Shown here piece after piece: positions 34,401 through 42,434 of a DNA stretch of 64,000 bases (within the stretch, counting starts at the first letter, position 1; every line of letters begins with the position of its first letter). The DNA is from Chthoniobacterales bacterium (GTDB taxonomy: Bacteria; Verrucomicrobiota; Verrucomicrobiia; Chthoniobacterales; Chthoniobacteraceae). A program made the translations under genes and the position numbers. The notes beneath the pieces are model-generated. The model saw nothing but the letters and a program-made list of their open reading frames with translations. It had not been told where the DNA came from and made no database searches. The stretch is from NCBI GenBank assembly GCA_038207335.1, contig JBBQZX010000015.1:55445-119444 (forward strand), in the 5' to 3' direction.

Positions 34401-34590
34401 GATTGATCGCCTCCAGATACGTCTTGTTCACATTCAGCCCCACAGCCGCATCGTTATCCCCCGTCCCGAGCGCCCCGCTGTTCGAAAAAATCCCCGTCGA
34501 TTCCCCCATCACCCTCCCCATGAAAATGCCGCACCCGAGGAGCGCAGCAATCGAAGTGACGAGGACCAGGGGCTTGGATTTCGGATTCAT
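28474..34590 (-). CDS. Giant autotransporter-associated beta-strand repeat protein with PEP-CTERM sorting signal
   Basis: Many K.G.GTL.L.G.N.YTG.TT repeats; ends in VPEP + TM helix + RRRRR; start ATG 34590. Confidence 0.92.
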   Translation of the reverse strand: MNPKSKPLVLVTSIAALLGCGIFMGRVMGESTGIFSNSGALGTGDNDAAVGLNVNKTYLEAINLNGDTAVANVVVNGVTFASVLGANPTGTGGAGTGYSFAGEASLYNGGGANPAGQLGALTNRFIYGGNPGTMTLTGLTAGQTYVVTFYDRSWEGAGNRFQTITATGASTATTLFDLDVGATAQGNLNLLRYTFQAASATQTLSLAPQNPLNTMHLYAFTNEQTFNNAWVGGANWTTAAWSVSQPNGAGSNASFAAQGTPTTINLDAARTVGHVQFDGTNAWTIAGGNTLTLQADVGGVSVLSALVGSHTIATPVALATDAVKLGAGTITLTGPVSGTKGLSVNDGTLNLAVANSYSGGTTVNAGALLNLGAGGSLGATGAALAVNTGGLVNVGGFSQNVGALTGGGTIANNATGTNTILTAGNGDATSTFAGTIADHTSGTGLMGLTKIGTGTLTLSGTSSYTGPTTISGGRLQLNASAAAGALTTSGIDVGPGTTLGFSTGLGTTLTLKSGSTLTLSGGTLVFDIGTSAASDKIAADTFSITASSALSYNPIAGLNFGSPYTLATYNTLLNPGNFTFPTTTAGRLTLTPTLAPDKLTVTPTLDASTWISSTGGTWSTAGSWSSYIPTAAGDAAIFGPALAANDTVTLSTARSVGYLIFNNTAASYTIGTAGSSLLTFDNGASTALLSATAGTHRIAENIALLSDLVAAPDAGTAITISGLIGGAKSLTKLNPGTLILTNANAFTGGTTVSAGILQLGDGTTNGSVAGGITDNATVAFNNGSAQTAATVIGGTGKVTKTGAGTLTITGANTFTGGLTIAQGTVDISGNSALGSLAGTITNNATLRISRTGGYAIPNVVNGSGNTIVSGGVSAATATTLAPGASINTPTLTIGDDGVTQGWLTFGAANQLNGTTGVLLNITAIVANSRINLNGFDQTIAGLTGTGIVQNNESGTPGAATLTINVPGANSYSWTGLIRNQAGGALGLTKTGTGEQTMNFSITNPTYSGATTVSQGRLVFGSTLALPTWSTSGIAVAAGAEVGLTGGSGAWAEGVVVSGAGGLARTGTDGNVVTINNATNTFTGAARLGGTGVLAVSTLANIGTNSPLGAGTATNAATNAASLIFDGGTLRYTGAAVNANRLFTVTQNGGTLDASGSSAVNFTNSGALAATGTGSRTLTLTGTNTGNNTLAGALPDSAGGVTSLAKNGAGTWLLSGANSYTGATTINAGRLQLDGSAATSTVTSNLIVNPTATLGFSGGTGSTLVLTNTLTLAGGTAVFDLGAVASSDKITTGTLAITANSAFTFNQIGGYEFGQTYTLVSSTNSVSNGGFTISGASAGRLTLQPVIGTNAVTLTPQLDSSSWNSATGGVWGTGPWSSYTPDAIGDAARFGPALTSSGTITLNSPRTIGFALFDNTSAAYTIGIPGSSNLTFANTGTVAAQVVVSSGSHTIAENVVLASDLTIFSAASTGLTISGTLDGSARSVTKTGPGALLINGANNFGIAAGSAFNINQGSVIVGSATALAPTGNVTLGVGASLDLNANSATVGSLAGTGGTISDSSGNAGQTTFTINQTVTSAFGGIFADGAARPLAVVKSGAGAISLTGANTFTGDLTISNGTITAASGFGPAIPGHVTFGTGGGVDIWLISGAATQQYGANTVITFANGPSNAKFELRGTNQTLAGVDSALSNNISIIQNDELTAPGYTVAPGTATLTLNTATDHSYYGIIREQVGGLLSIVKNGAGTQEFINNPTIGSFNYGGSTTINAGKLVLNLSGATSAGYNSPVTVNAAGTLGLDGNWTLARTVSGAGIVIKQGGGTVTVSAALTNTGSTTISSGTLAVGVGGSISGSTTIDVKSGAVLNLTAVPGFATGATQMLKGGGTVVGAATIGGTLAPGNSIGTLSTDALTLATGSTFALEINTSSVAGLVGASDLLAVNGAFSIGTGVAPTLSISDLGSNALLAAGTTFTFVSYNGGWNGGLFKFNGNTIADDAILTYGANSFRLDYNAGSNSVALIAVPEPASATLLLASAALLGLRRRRR

Positions 34591-34824
34591 GGAGAGAATT
34601 CTGTGAAGGGTCGATATGCGCGCTCCACCCCGGCTCTGGCGCAGACGCGTCGTTCGATCTGGGGAGAAAAACCGCGTCTTCTTTGATACACACGACCTCT
34701 CTAAATTCCAGTAGTTTTCCGCGTAAATGTCCAACTTGCGGACAGCAAACTACCAACCGTCTTCGATCTTCGATATTCTCCCAAGGCATCGTCCTCCTTT
34801 TCAAAAGCTCTCCCGCGTTTCTCT

Positions 34825-35280
34825 ATGAAATCCGACCGAATCGCAGCACTCGCCGCCTCAATGAGCGGCGGCGATCCCGCGCTGCACCCCTGCTACACGG
34901 GCTTCTTCCAGTGCTTCAATGAAGCGCGCTATTACGAAGCCCACGACATCCTCGAGCACCTCTGGCTCCAAGGTCCCACCACCGACTCCGCCTTTTATAA
35001 AGGGCTCATCCAGTTCGCCGGCGCGTACGTTCACATCCAGAAGCAGCATCTTCGCCCCCAGCACCCAAAGGACGGCCGCCGCCTGCGCCCCGCCTTCCGG
35101 CTCTTCGCTCTGGTGGTGGAAAATCTCGCGCCCTACGCTCCGAGGCACCTGCGCCTCGACGTCAACACCCTCCTCATCGAAGCCGGGCGTCTTCGCGCCG
35201 AGATCGAGGCCGGCGGCTTCCTGCGCAATCCATGGAGCCCAGAGCGCCCGCCGCGAATCGAGCTCGATGGCGGGGATTGA
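34825..35280 (+). CDS. DUF309 family protein
   Basis: FNEARYYEAHDILEHLW..FYKGLIQ.A..H motif. Confidence 0.88.
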   Translation: MKSDRIAALAASMSGGDPALHPCYTGFFQCFNEARYYEAHDILEHLWLQGPTTDSAFYKGLIQFAGAYVHIQKQHLRPQHPKDGRRLRPAFRLFALVVENLAPYAPRHLRLDVNTLLIEAGRLRAEIEAGGFLRNPWSPERPPRIELDGGD

Positions 35281-35347
35281 GGGCACGCCTCGCATCCCGC
35301 CACCCACCGCTCCCGGATTGACGAATACGGCACCATGCCCCGCGACC

Positions 35348-36574
35348 GTGCCTTTCTCTCCACTCTCAACTCCAGATTCTCAACGCTCGCCCGATGTCAT
35401 CGTCATCGGCGGTGGCGCGGCTGGGCTCATGTGCGCGATCGTCGCCGGGCGGCGCGGACGGCGCGTGTTGCTGCTGGAGCATCAGGATGCCGTGGGGAAA
35501 AAGATCGCGATCTCGGGAGGCGGACGCTGCAACTTTACCAATCTCGGCGCGGGGCCGGAAAATTACGTCTCGCGTCAGCCGGACTTCTGCAAGTCGGCGC
35601 TGGCGCGATATTCGCCGTGGGATTTCGTGGCGCTCGTGGAGAAGCACGGGATCGCTTTTCACGAGAAGAAGCTCGGGCAGCAATTCTGCGATGGCAGCGC
35701 GCGGGCGATCATCGAGATGCTGCTGGCGGAGGCGACAGAGGCCGGGGTTGAGGTGCGGACGGGATGCCGCGTGGGGGCTGTCGCCGGAACCGAAAAAACG
35801 TCGAACATTGACGAGGCGAAGCGCTTTCGCATCGAGACGAATAGCGGCGTGCCGGAGTGCGAGTCGCTGGTGATCGCGACGGGCGGGCTCTCTTTTCCAA
35901 AGCTCGGCGCGACTGATCTCGGATACCGCGTGGCGCGGGACTTTGGGCTGCGGATCACCGAGACGCGACCGGGACTCGTGCCGCTCACCTTTTCGCCCGA
36001 AGACATGGAGCTGCACACGCTCAGCGGGCTATCGCTGCCCGTAGCGGTGCGGTGCGGCGGGGCGACGTTTCGGGAGAGTCTGCTGATCACACACCGGGGG
36101 GTGAGCGGGCCGGCGGTGTTGCAGATTTCGTCGTTCTGGCGCGCGGGGGAGACGGTGCTCGTGGACCTGCTGCCGGAGCTGCGCGCGGCGGATTGGCTGG
36201 CGACGGTGCGGGAGGAAAAGGCAGACTGGCCGACGCTGCTGAGCCGGCACTGGCCGCGGCGCTTTGCGGAGGCGTGGTGTGCGAGACACGCGCCCACAAA
36301 ACCGCTCGGGCATCTCAAGGCGCGCGAGATCGCGGACTTCGCCGCGCTCCTCCACGGCTGGCCGCTACGCCCCGCCGGGACGGAGGGCTACGCAAAGGCG
36401 GAAGTGACGCTGGGCGGGGTGGAGACAAGTGAGCTTTCCTCGAAGACGATGGAGGCGCGCAAGGTGCCGGGGCTGTTCTTCATCGGCGAAGTCGTGGATG
36501 TGACCGGCTGGCTCGGCGGCTATAATTTCCAGTGGGCCTGGGCATCGGGAAACGCAGCGGGGCAAGCGTGCTGA
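35348..36574 (+). CDS. HI0933/YhiN family flavoprotein oxidoreductase
   Basis: GGGAAG, ISGGGRCNFTN and GWLGGYNFQWAWASG; start uncertain (GTG 35348). Confidence 0.9.
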   Translation: MPFSPLSTPDSQRSPDVIVIGGGAAGLMCAIVAGRRGRRVLLLEHQDAVGKKIAISGGGRCNFTNLGAGPENYVSRQPDFCKSALARYSPWDFVALVEKHGIAFHEKKLGQQFCDGSARAIIEMLLAEATEAGVEVRTGCRVGAVAGTEKTSNIDEAKRFRIETNSGVPECESLVIATGGLSFPKLGATDLGYRVARDFGLRITETRPGLVPLTFSPEDMELHTLSGLSLPVAVRCGGATFRESLLITHRGVSGPAVLQISSFWRAGETVLVDLLPELRAADWLATVREEKADWPTLLSRHWPRRFAEAWCARHAPTKPLGHLKAREIADFAALLHGWPLRPAGTEGYAKAEVTLGGVETSELSSKTMEARKVPGLFFIGEVVDVTGWLGGYNFQWAWASGNAAGQAC

Positions 36575-36600
36575 GAGCGAAAGCAGCGTTCGACATTCCC

Positions 36601-37032
36601 ATGCCCCGCCCCACCCTCGCCCCCGCCGCCGCCGCTGCCGCGGTCCGCGCAATCTACGCCGAACTCGCCGCCCGCCCGATCGAGCGCGCGTGCGAGTTGC
36701 GCACCGACTGCTGCCATTTCAAGCTCACCGGACGCACGCCCTACCTCACCGCCGGCGAGGCCGTCGTCGCCGCCCAAGCCGTCCGCGCCTCCGGTCGCAC
36801 GCGCCTCCCCGCGCGCACCGACGGCGCGTGTCCGCTGCTCGATCCCGCCGGGCGTTGCAGCATTTACGAAGATCGCCCCTTTGGCTGCCGCACGCACTTT
36901 TGCCAAGCCGCCGGCGGCCCGTATGCCCGGCGCGACGTGATCGATCTCATCCATCGCCTCGAAGACATCGACCGCGCGCTCGGCGGCGACGGCGCGCGCC
37001 AGCTCCCGATCGCGCTCAAAGAACGGCTATAG
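36601..37032 (+). CDS. YkgJ family cysteine-cluster protein
   Basis: C...CC..CPLL...CSIYEDRPFGCRTHFC. Confidence 0.88.
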   Translation: MPRPTLAPAAAAAAVRAIYAELAARPIERACELRTDCCHFKLTGRTPYLTAGEAVVAAQAVRASGRTRLPARTDGACPLLDPAGRCSIYEDRPFGCRTHFCQAAGGPYARRDVIDLIHRLEDIDRALGGDGARQLPIALKERL

Positions 37033-37077
37033 CATCGACAACCCTACGGCGTCACTTTACCCAATCCGCCTCCAAAA

Positions 37078-38601
37078 ATGAGCCAGCCACAGAACGCCAT
37101 CAGTCCCACACGCGCCGCCGACTTTCCCGAGTGGTATCAGCAGGTTGTCAAGCACGCCGAACTCGCGGAGAACAGCGACGTGCGCGGTTGCATGGTCATT
37201 AAACCGTGGGGCTACGGCATCTGGGAAAACATGCAGCGCGGGCTCGATGGAATGTTCAAGGCGACGGGGCACAAGAACGCGTATTTCCCGCTTTTCATCC
37301 CGCTCTCGTATCTCGCGAAAGAGGCGGAGCATGTGGAGGGCTTTGCAAAAGAATGCGCGGTCGTGACGCACCACCGGCTCGAGTCCGATGGCAAAGGCGG
37401 ACTCCGCCCCGCGCCCGGTGCCGCGCTCATCGAGCCGCTCGTCGTGCGGCCCACGAGCGAGACGATCATCGGCGCGACGTATGCGAAATGGGTGCAGTCG
37501 TGGCGAGACCTGCCGATCCTCATCAACCAATGGGCGAACGTCGTCCGTTGGGAAATGCGGCCGCGGCTTTTCCTGCGCACGGCGGAGTTCCTGTGGCAGG
37601 AGGGCCACACCGCGCACGAGACCGAGTCGGAGGCGCGCGCCGAGACGGAGCAGATGCTCGGGGTCTATGAAAAGTTCGCGCGCGAGTGGCTGGCGCTGCC
37701 GGTTTTTACGGGTGAAAAGAGCGAGGCCGAACGATTTCCGGGCGCGGTGCAGACGCTGTGCATCGAGGCGATGGTGCAAGATCGGAAGGCCATCCAAGCC
37801 GGCACGTCGCACTTCCTCGGGCAGAATTTTGCGAAGGCGAGCGGGATTCAATTCGTCTCGCGCGACAACAAGCAGGAGCACGCGTGGACAACGAGTTGGG
37901 GCGTGAGCACGCGCCTGATCGGCACCGTCATCATGGCCCACGGCGACGACGACGGCGTGATCCTCCCGCCACGCATCGCGCCCGCCCATGTCGTGATTCT
38001 ACCCGTGATCCCCAAGCCGGAGACCCGCGACGCTGTCCTCGCCGCGGTGGAGAAATTGGCGGCGGATTTGCGCGCGCAAAATTATGCGGGCGAACCCATC
38101 CGCGTGGAGATCGACAAGCGCGACATTGGCGGCGGCACGAAGACGTGGGACTGGATAAAAAAGGGCGTGCCGATCCGCGTCGAGATCGGCCCGCGCGATT
38201 TGGAGAAAGGGAGCGTCGCCGTCTCGCGCCGCGATCGCGGGGCGAAAGAGAAAGCCTTTTTGCCCACCTCCGACTTCCTCGCGAGCGCGCCCGAGACGTT
38301 GCAATCCATCCAGGACGCGCTCCTCGTGCGCGCCACCGAGCTGCGCGACGAGCACACCGTGAAGCTTGAAAGCAAGGAAGACTTCTACGCCTTCTTCACC
38401 CCGAAAAATCCCAACCGCCCTGAAATCCACGGCGGCTTCGCGCTCGCCCACTGGAACGGCTCCCGCGCCGTCGAGGAGCAAATCAAGGCCGACCTAAAAG
38501 TCACCATCCGCTGCATTCCGCGCGACACCGCCGAGCCCGGCACCTGCATTTTCACCGGTGAGCCCAGCCCGCGCCGCGTGGTTTTTGCAAAGTCTTACTG
38601 A
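37078..38601 (+). CDS. proS: Proline--tRNA ligase, archaeal/eukaryotic type
   Basis: RPTSET, QWANVVRWE, FLWQEGHT and C-terminal FAKSY; no INS editing domain. Confidence 0.97.
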   Translation: MSQPQNAISPTRAADFPEWYQQVVKHAELAENSDVRGCMVIKPWGYGIWENMQRGLDGMFKATGHKNAYFPLFIPLSYLAKEAEHVEGFAKECAVVTHHRLESDGKGGLRPAPGAALIEPLVVRPTSETIIGATYAKWVQSWRDLPILINQWANVVRWEMRPRLFLRTAEFLWQEGHTAHETESEARAETEQMLGVYEKFAREWLALPVFTGEKSEAERFPGAVQTLCIEAMVQDRKAIQAGTSHFLGQNFAKASGIQFVSRDNKQEHAWTTSWGVSTRLIGTVIMAHGDDDGVILPPRIAPAHVVILPVIPKPETRDAVLAAVEKLAADLRAQNYAGEPIRVEIDKRDIGGGTKTWDWIKKGVPIRVEIGPRDLEKGSVAVSRRDRGAKEKAFLPTSDFLASAPETLQSIQDALLVRATELRDEHTVKLESKEDFYAFFTPKNPNRPEIHGGFALAHWNGSRAVEEQIKADLKVTIRCIPRDTAEPGTCIFTGEPSPRRVVFAKSY

Positions 38602-38664
38602 GCGAAAATTGGCGCTGGACGAAGCGCACTCACGGGCTGTTGGATTCCCGACGCGGTGAGGTGA

Positions 38665-39363
38665 ATGAGAGCGATTCTTTTAACCAGTGGAAGCAGTGCG
38701 GGGCATCCGTCGCTTTGGAGCGTCGCGGAAAGCGGCACGCCAGATGTCGCGGCTAAGGCATTGTGCGAGTTGGCTGGAAGTTACTGGTATTGCGTCTATG
38801 CGTGGTGGCGGCGCGCTGGGCTGGATGCGAAACACGCGGCCACGGGAACGCTCGCGTGTTTCACGCGATGGACGGGCAGCGCGCCGCCCGCAAAGTCGGA
38901 CACCGGCGCGGAATCGCTGCGGCTTTGGCTGGTGGCGCGGGTCAATGAATTGGCCATCGCGGGCGTGAAGCTGCTCGGTCCTGCGGCAATCACTATCGAT
39001 CCCGCGGCAGCCGAGGAGCAGTTTTTGCATGAGCCCGGCGGCTCGCAAGATTCGCTTTTTCACAGACGCTGGGCGCTGACGGTGCTGAGTCTCACGATGG
39101 ATGTGCTGGAAAAGGAATATGCCGCCGGTGGCAGGCAGGCGGAACTCGCGATGATCAAGCCTTTTCTCGGATACGGGATGCGAGGCGATGCCGCTTACAG
39201 CGAAGTATCCGGGCGGCTCTCGATGTCAAAGAGCGCGGCGCGCAAGGCGGTGTTTGAGAGTCGCGTGAAATTTCGGACTGCACTCCGCGCGGTGATCGCG
39301 GACACCGTGGCACGAGAGGAGGAAATCGATCCCGAGATGACGGCGCTGCTCTGCGCGCTCTGA
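38665..39363 (+). CDS. Divergent ECF-type sigma factor-like protein (kinase-associated PVC type)
   Basis: ALCEL..SYWYCVYAWWRR, FHRRWALTVL and YSEVS..L..S..AARKAV..R..FR...R..IADTV; directly precedes a Ser/Thr kinase. Confidence 0.7.
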   Translation: MRAILLTSGSSAGHPSLWSVAESGTPDVAAKALCELAGSYWYCVYAWWRRAGLDAKHAATGTLACFTRWTGSAPPAKSDTGAESLRLWLVARVNELAIAGVKLLGPAAITIDPAAAEEQFLHEPGGSQDSLFHRRWALTVLSLTMDVLEKEYAAGGRQAELAMIKPFLGYGMRGDAAYSEVSGRLSMSKSAARKAVFESRVKFRTALRAVIADTVAREEEIDPEMTALLCAL

Positions 39364-39383
39364 GCACCCGGACCGGCCATTTT

Positions 39384-42332
39384 ATGCCCGACGACGCGTC
39401 ACTTCCCAAGAATCTCGGCGGGCTGAACCCGGCGGAACTGCTCCTGCGCGGGATGCGCGTGCCGCAGCTTTCCACGGCTGCGGATGGAGCGGCTTGGGTA
39501 CCGCCGACGGTGGAGGAAATCGCACGGCTTTTGCCTCAATACGAAGTGATCGCCATGCTCGGGCACGGCGGGATGGGCGCGGTATATCAAGCTCGGCAGA
39601 CTTCGCTGGACCGCATCGTCGGGATCAAGGTGCTGCCGCTGGAGATCAGCGGCGACCGGACTTTTGCGGATGGATTTGTGCGGGAGGCGCGTGCGATGGC
39701 GCGGCTAGAGCACCCGAATATCATCGCGGTGCATGACTTCGGGAAAACGAGCGAGGGGCACTTTTATTTCATGATGGATTTCGTGAACGGAGCGACGCTT
39801 CACGACTTGATTCAAGCCGGGAAAGTCACGTCGGCGGGGGCGTTGGAAGTCGTGGAGCAGGTGTGCGATGCGCTCTCGTACGCGCATGCGGAGGGAATCG
39901 TGCATTGCGACATCAAGCCCGCAAATGTGATGGTGGATCAGCGCGGGCGGGTGAAGGTGGCGGACTTCGGACTCGCACGGCTGCTCGATGCAACCGCACC
40001 GGAGCCGGGCGCACCGTCGATGACCGGGGTGGTGCTCGGGACGCCGGATTACATGGCACCGGAGCAGAAATGCGGAGGCAAAGTGGATCATCGCGCGGAT
40101 GTGTATGCGCTCGGGGTGGTGCTCTACGAAGCGCTGTGCGGAGAAGCGCCGCAAGGTGCGTTCGATCTGCCGAGTCAGCGCTGCGGCGTGTCGCCGGTGA
40201 TCGATGCGATCGTAACTCGGGCGCTTTCGCAACAGCCGGAGAAGCGCTTCCAGAGCACGGGCGAAATGAAGGCGGCAATCGTCGCGGCACGCACGCCCGT
40301 GAAACTCGTGCCCACGCCGCTGCCGGTGAATCCTAGTGTGCCGCGCGCCACACCGCCGCTGATGGTCGCGCCGGAAAAAAAATCTCGCGCGCCGTGGATC
40401 GGCATCGCAGCAGCGGTGGCTGTGCTCGCGATCGGAGGCGCGCTCTTCTTTCAAAAAAAGTCGCCGCCGAGTAAGCCGCCTGCCCCGGAGATTGCAGTTA
40501 GCACTCCGGTGACGAGCGCGCCGCCGCCCGTCGAAAAGCCGCAAACAAAAGCTCCGGAGCCGGAAGCGAAAATCGCCGTCGCCGCCCCGCCAGTGGCCAT
40601 TCCTGCGGAAAGCACGCCGGCACCCGAACCTGCGCCCGCCCCGAATGTGCCGGAGGCCACGCCCCCGCTGAAGCCGCAGAGCGAAGTCGAACGCTGGCTT
40701 GCGAACATCGAGACACAGACGGAGACCGCTTTTCAAAAGGACGTTATCGAGCCATACGACACCGGGGCGAATGCCCTTCGCACAAATTACCAGTCCGCCA
40801 TCGACCGCGGGATGAACGCCGCCAGCAGCGCAGGCAAACTCCCCGAAGCCGTCGCTTGGCGGACTGAGCGCGAGAAGTTTCTCGCCAACGGTCGCAACGT
40901 TTCCCCGGACGACAGCGACTCTCCCATCCCGCCGCTCAAGCCGCTGCGCGCCAGCTTCCGCACACAAATCGCCCGCCTCGAGCAGTCCCGGGACGCCCGC
41001 GCCAAGGCCGCCTTCGCGAAATTCGACGCCATCATTTCGCCGAATATCACCGCACTTACCAAGCGCCAGCGGCTCGACGAAGCACTGCTCCTCAAAACCA
41101 AGCTCGACGAAACCGAGCAGCGCTGGCTCGCCGCATCGCCAGCCAGCACGGCACCTCCGCCCATCGCGGAAAAACCCCCTCTTCTTGCGATGGGTGCCAC
41201 TCCAGCGCCATACACCACTCGCAAGCCCGCCACCGGGGAAGCCGCCCTCCACGCGGCAGTCGCATGGGTCATCGCCAATGGCGGCACCGTGCGCCTCACG
41301 CCGTCCAATAAATCGATCCAAAAGCCCGAGGAAATCCCGCCCGGAGAATTCGCGTTCGACCTCGTCAACCTCAAGCTCGGCCCCACGCCTCCGACCGATG
41401 CCGACCTTCATGCACTGACTGCCCTCGCGCGCGCCAGCTACGTCACCGTCGAGGGCTGGGACCTGCCCGATGACTCCCTCGCGTTTCTCGAATCTTTCAC
41501 CAATGCCCGACAGCTCTCGTTCCGCAACTGCAAGCAAATCAGCGACGAGGCGCTCGCCCGGCTTCCCGCGCTTCCGTACCTCACAGGTCTCATCCTCGAC
41601 ACCTGCCCCGCCATCACGGGCAGCGGCCTCGTAAAACTGCGCGCTCCAAAAATCGAAAACTTTCACGGCAACAAAGCTGGTCTCACCGATGCCGGCCTCG
41701 CCTCTCTGACTCACTTCGAAAACCTGCGCGACATCAGCCTCACGAACACGGCAATCACAGACGCCGGAATCATCCATCTGGAACGTCTTCGCGAACTCCG
41801 CCGCCTCGATCTTCTGCACACCGGCGTGACTCCCAATGGCCTCGCCTTCCTCGCGAAGCGCAAAGACTTCCGGTTGCTCCACCTCCATCAACCCGACGAA
41901 AAAGACTTCGAGGAAACCACCCGCGACCTCGGTGCCAAACTGCCAAAACTTCCCGGCATCGAACTCGAGGGAAAAGGAGCCGGTGCAGCGACTCTTCATG
42001 CTCTTTTGGTTTTCAAGGAACTTCGAGTCCTGCATTGGGCCGGCAGCGAATTGAGCGATGCGGATTTTGCGGAACTCCAAGCCATCCCCACCCTCGAAGA
42101 AATCGTCTGCACCGGCGCGGAACTCACCGACGCAGCCATCGATACCATCCTCGGCATGAGAGGGATGCAAACGCTCAACCTTTCGCACAACGAGGCCATC
42201 ACCGATGCCGGCATCCTCCGACTAAAAGGCCTCAAGAAACTCGCGAAGCTCAACGTGGCCTACACAAAAGTAACGCCCTCCGGCGCAGCGGCTCTCGAAC
42301 GCGCGCTCGCCGGCTGCAAAGTCACCCGCTGA
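39384..42332 (+). CDS. Membrane Ser/Thr protein kinase with C-terminal leucine-rich repeats
   Basis: GHGGMGAV, HCDIKPAN, DFG and GTPDYMAPE; TM helix, Pro-rich linker and LRRs (ITDAG). Confidence 0.93.
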   Translation: MPDDASLPKNLGGLNPAELLLRGMRVPQLSTAADGAAWVPPTVEEIARLLPQYEVIAMLGHGGMGAVYQARQTSLDRIVGIKVLPLEISGDRTFADGFVREARAMARLEHPNIIAVHDFGKTSEGHFYFMMDFVNGATLHDLIQAGKVTSAGALEVVEQVCDALSYAHAEGIVHCDIKPANVMVDQRGRVKVADFGLARLLDATAPEPGAPSMTGVVLGTPDYMAPEQKCGGKVDHRADVYALGVVLYEALCGEAPQGAFDLPSQRCGVSPVIDAIVTRALSQQPEKRFQSTGEMKAAIVAARTPVKLVPTPLPVNPSVPRATPPLMVAPEKKSRAPWIGIAAAVAVLAIGGALFFQKKSPPSKPPAPEIAVSTPVTSAPPPVEKPQTKAPEPEAKIAVAAPPVAIPAESTPAPEPAPAPNVPEATPPLKPQSEVERWLANIETQTETAFQKDVIEPYDTGANALRTNYQSAIDRGMNAASSAGKLPEAVAWRTEREKFLANGRNVSPDDSDSPIPPLKPLRASFRTQIARLEQSRDARAKAAFAKFDAIISPNITALTKRQRLDEALLLKTKLDETEQRWLAASPASTAPPPIAEKPPLLAMGATPAPYTTRKPATGEAALHAAVAWVIANGGTVRLTPSNKSIQKPEEIPPGEFAFDLVNLKLGPTPPTDADLHALTALARASYVTVEGWDLPDDSLAFLESFTNARQLSFRNCKQISDEALARLPALPYLTGLILDTCPAITGSGLVKLRAPKIENFHGNKAGLTDAGLASLTHFENLRDISLTNTAITDAGIIHLERLRELRRLDLLHTGVTPNGLAFLAKRKDFRLLHLHQPDEKDFEETTRDLGAKLPKLPGIELEGKGAGAATLHALLVFKELRVLHWAGSELSDADFAELQAIPTLEEIVCTGAELTDAAIDTILGMRGMQTLNLSHNEAITDAGILRLKGLKKLAKLNVAYTKVTPSGAAALERALAGCKVTR

Positions 42333-42434
42333 AAACGGTCCTCCGCGCGTCGTCTTCGCAAAACCGCGCTAACTTGCGCGGCACTCACAATTCGCTCGCG
42401 CGCGCGGCGCTGCATCGCGAGAAGTCTGCCGTGC

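Noticed and set aside
37078..38601. Archaeal/eukaryotic-type ProRS as evidence of recent horizontal transfer
   Set aside because: This type is widespread in several bacterial phyla, and its composition matches the host.
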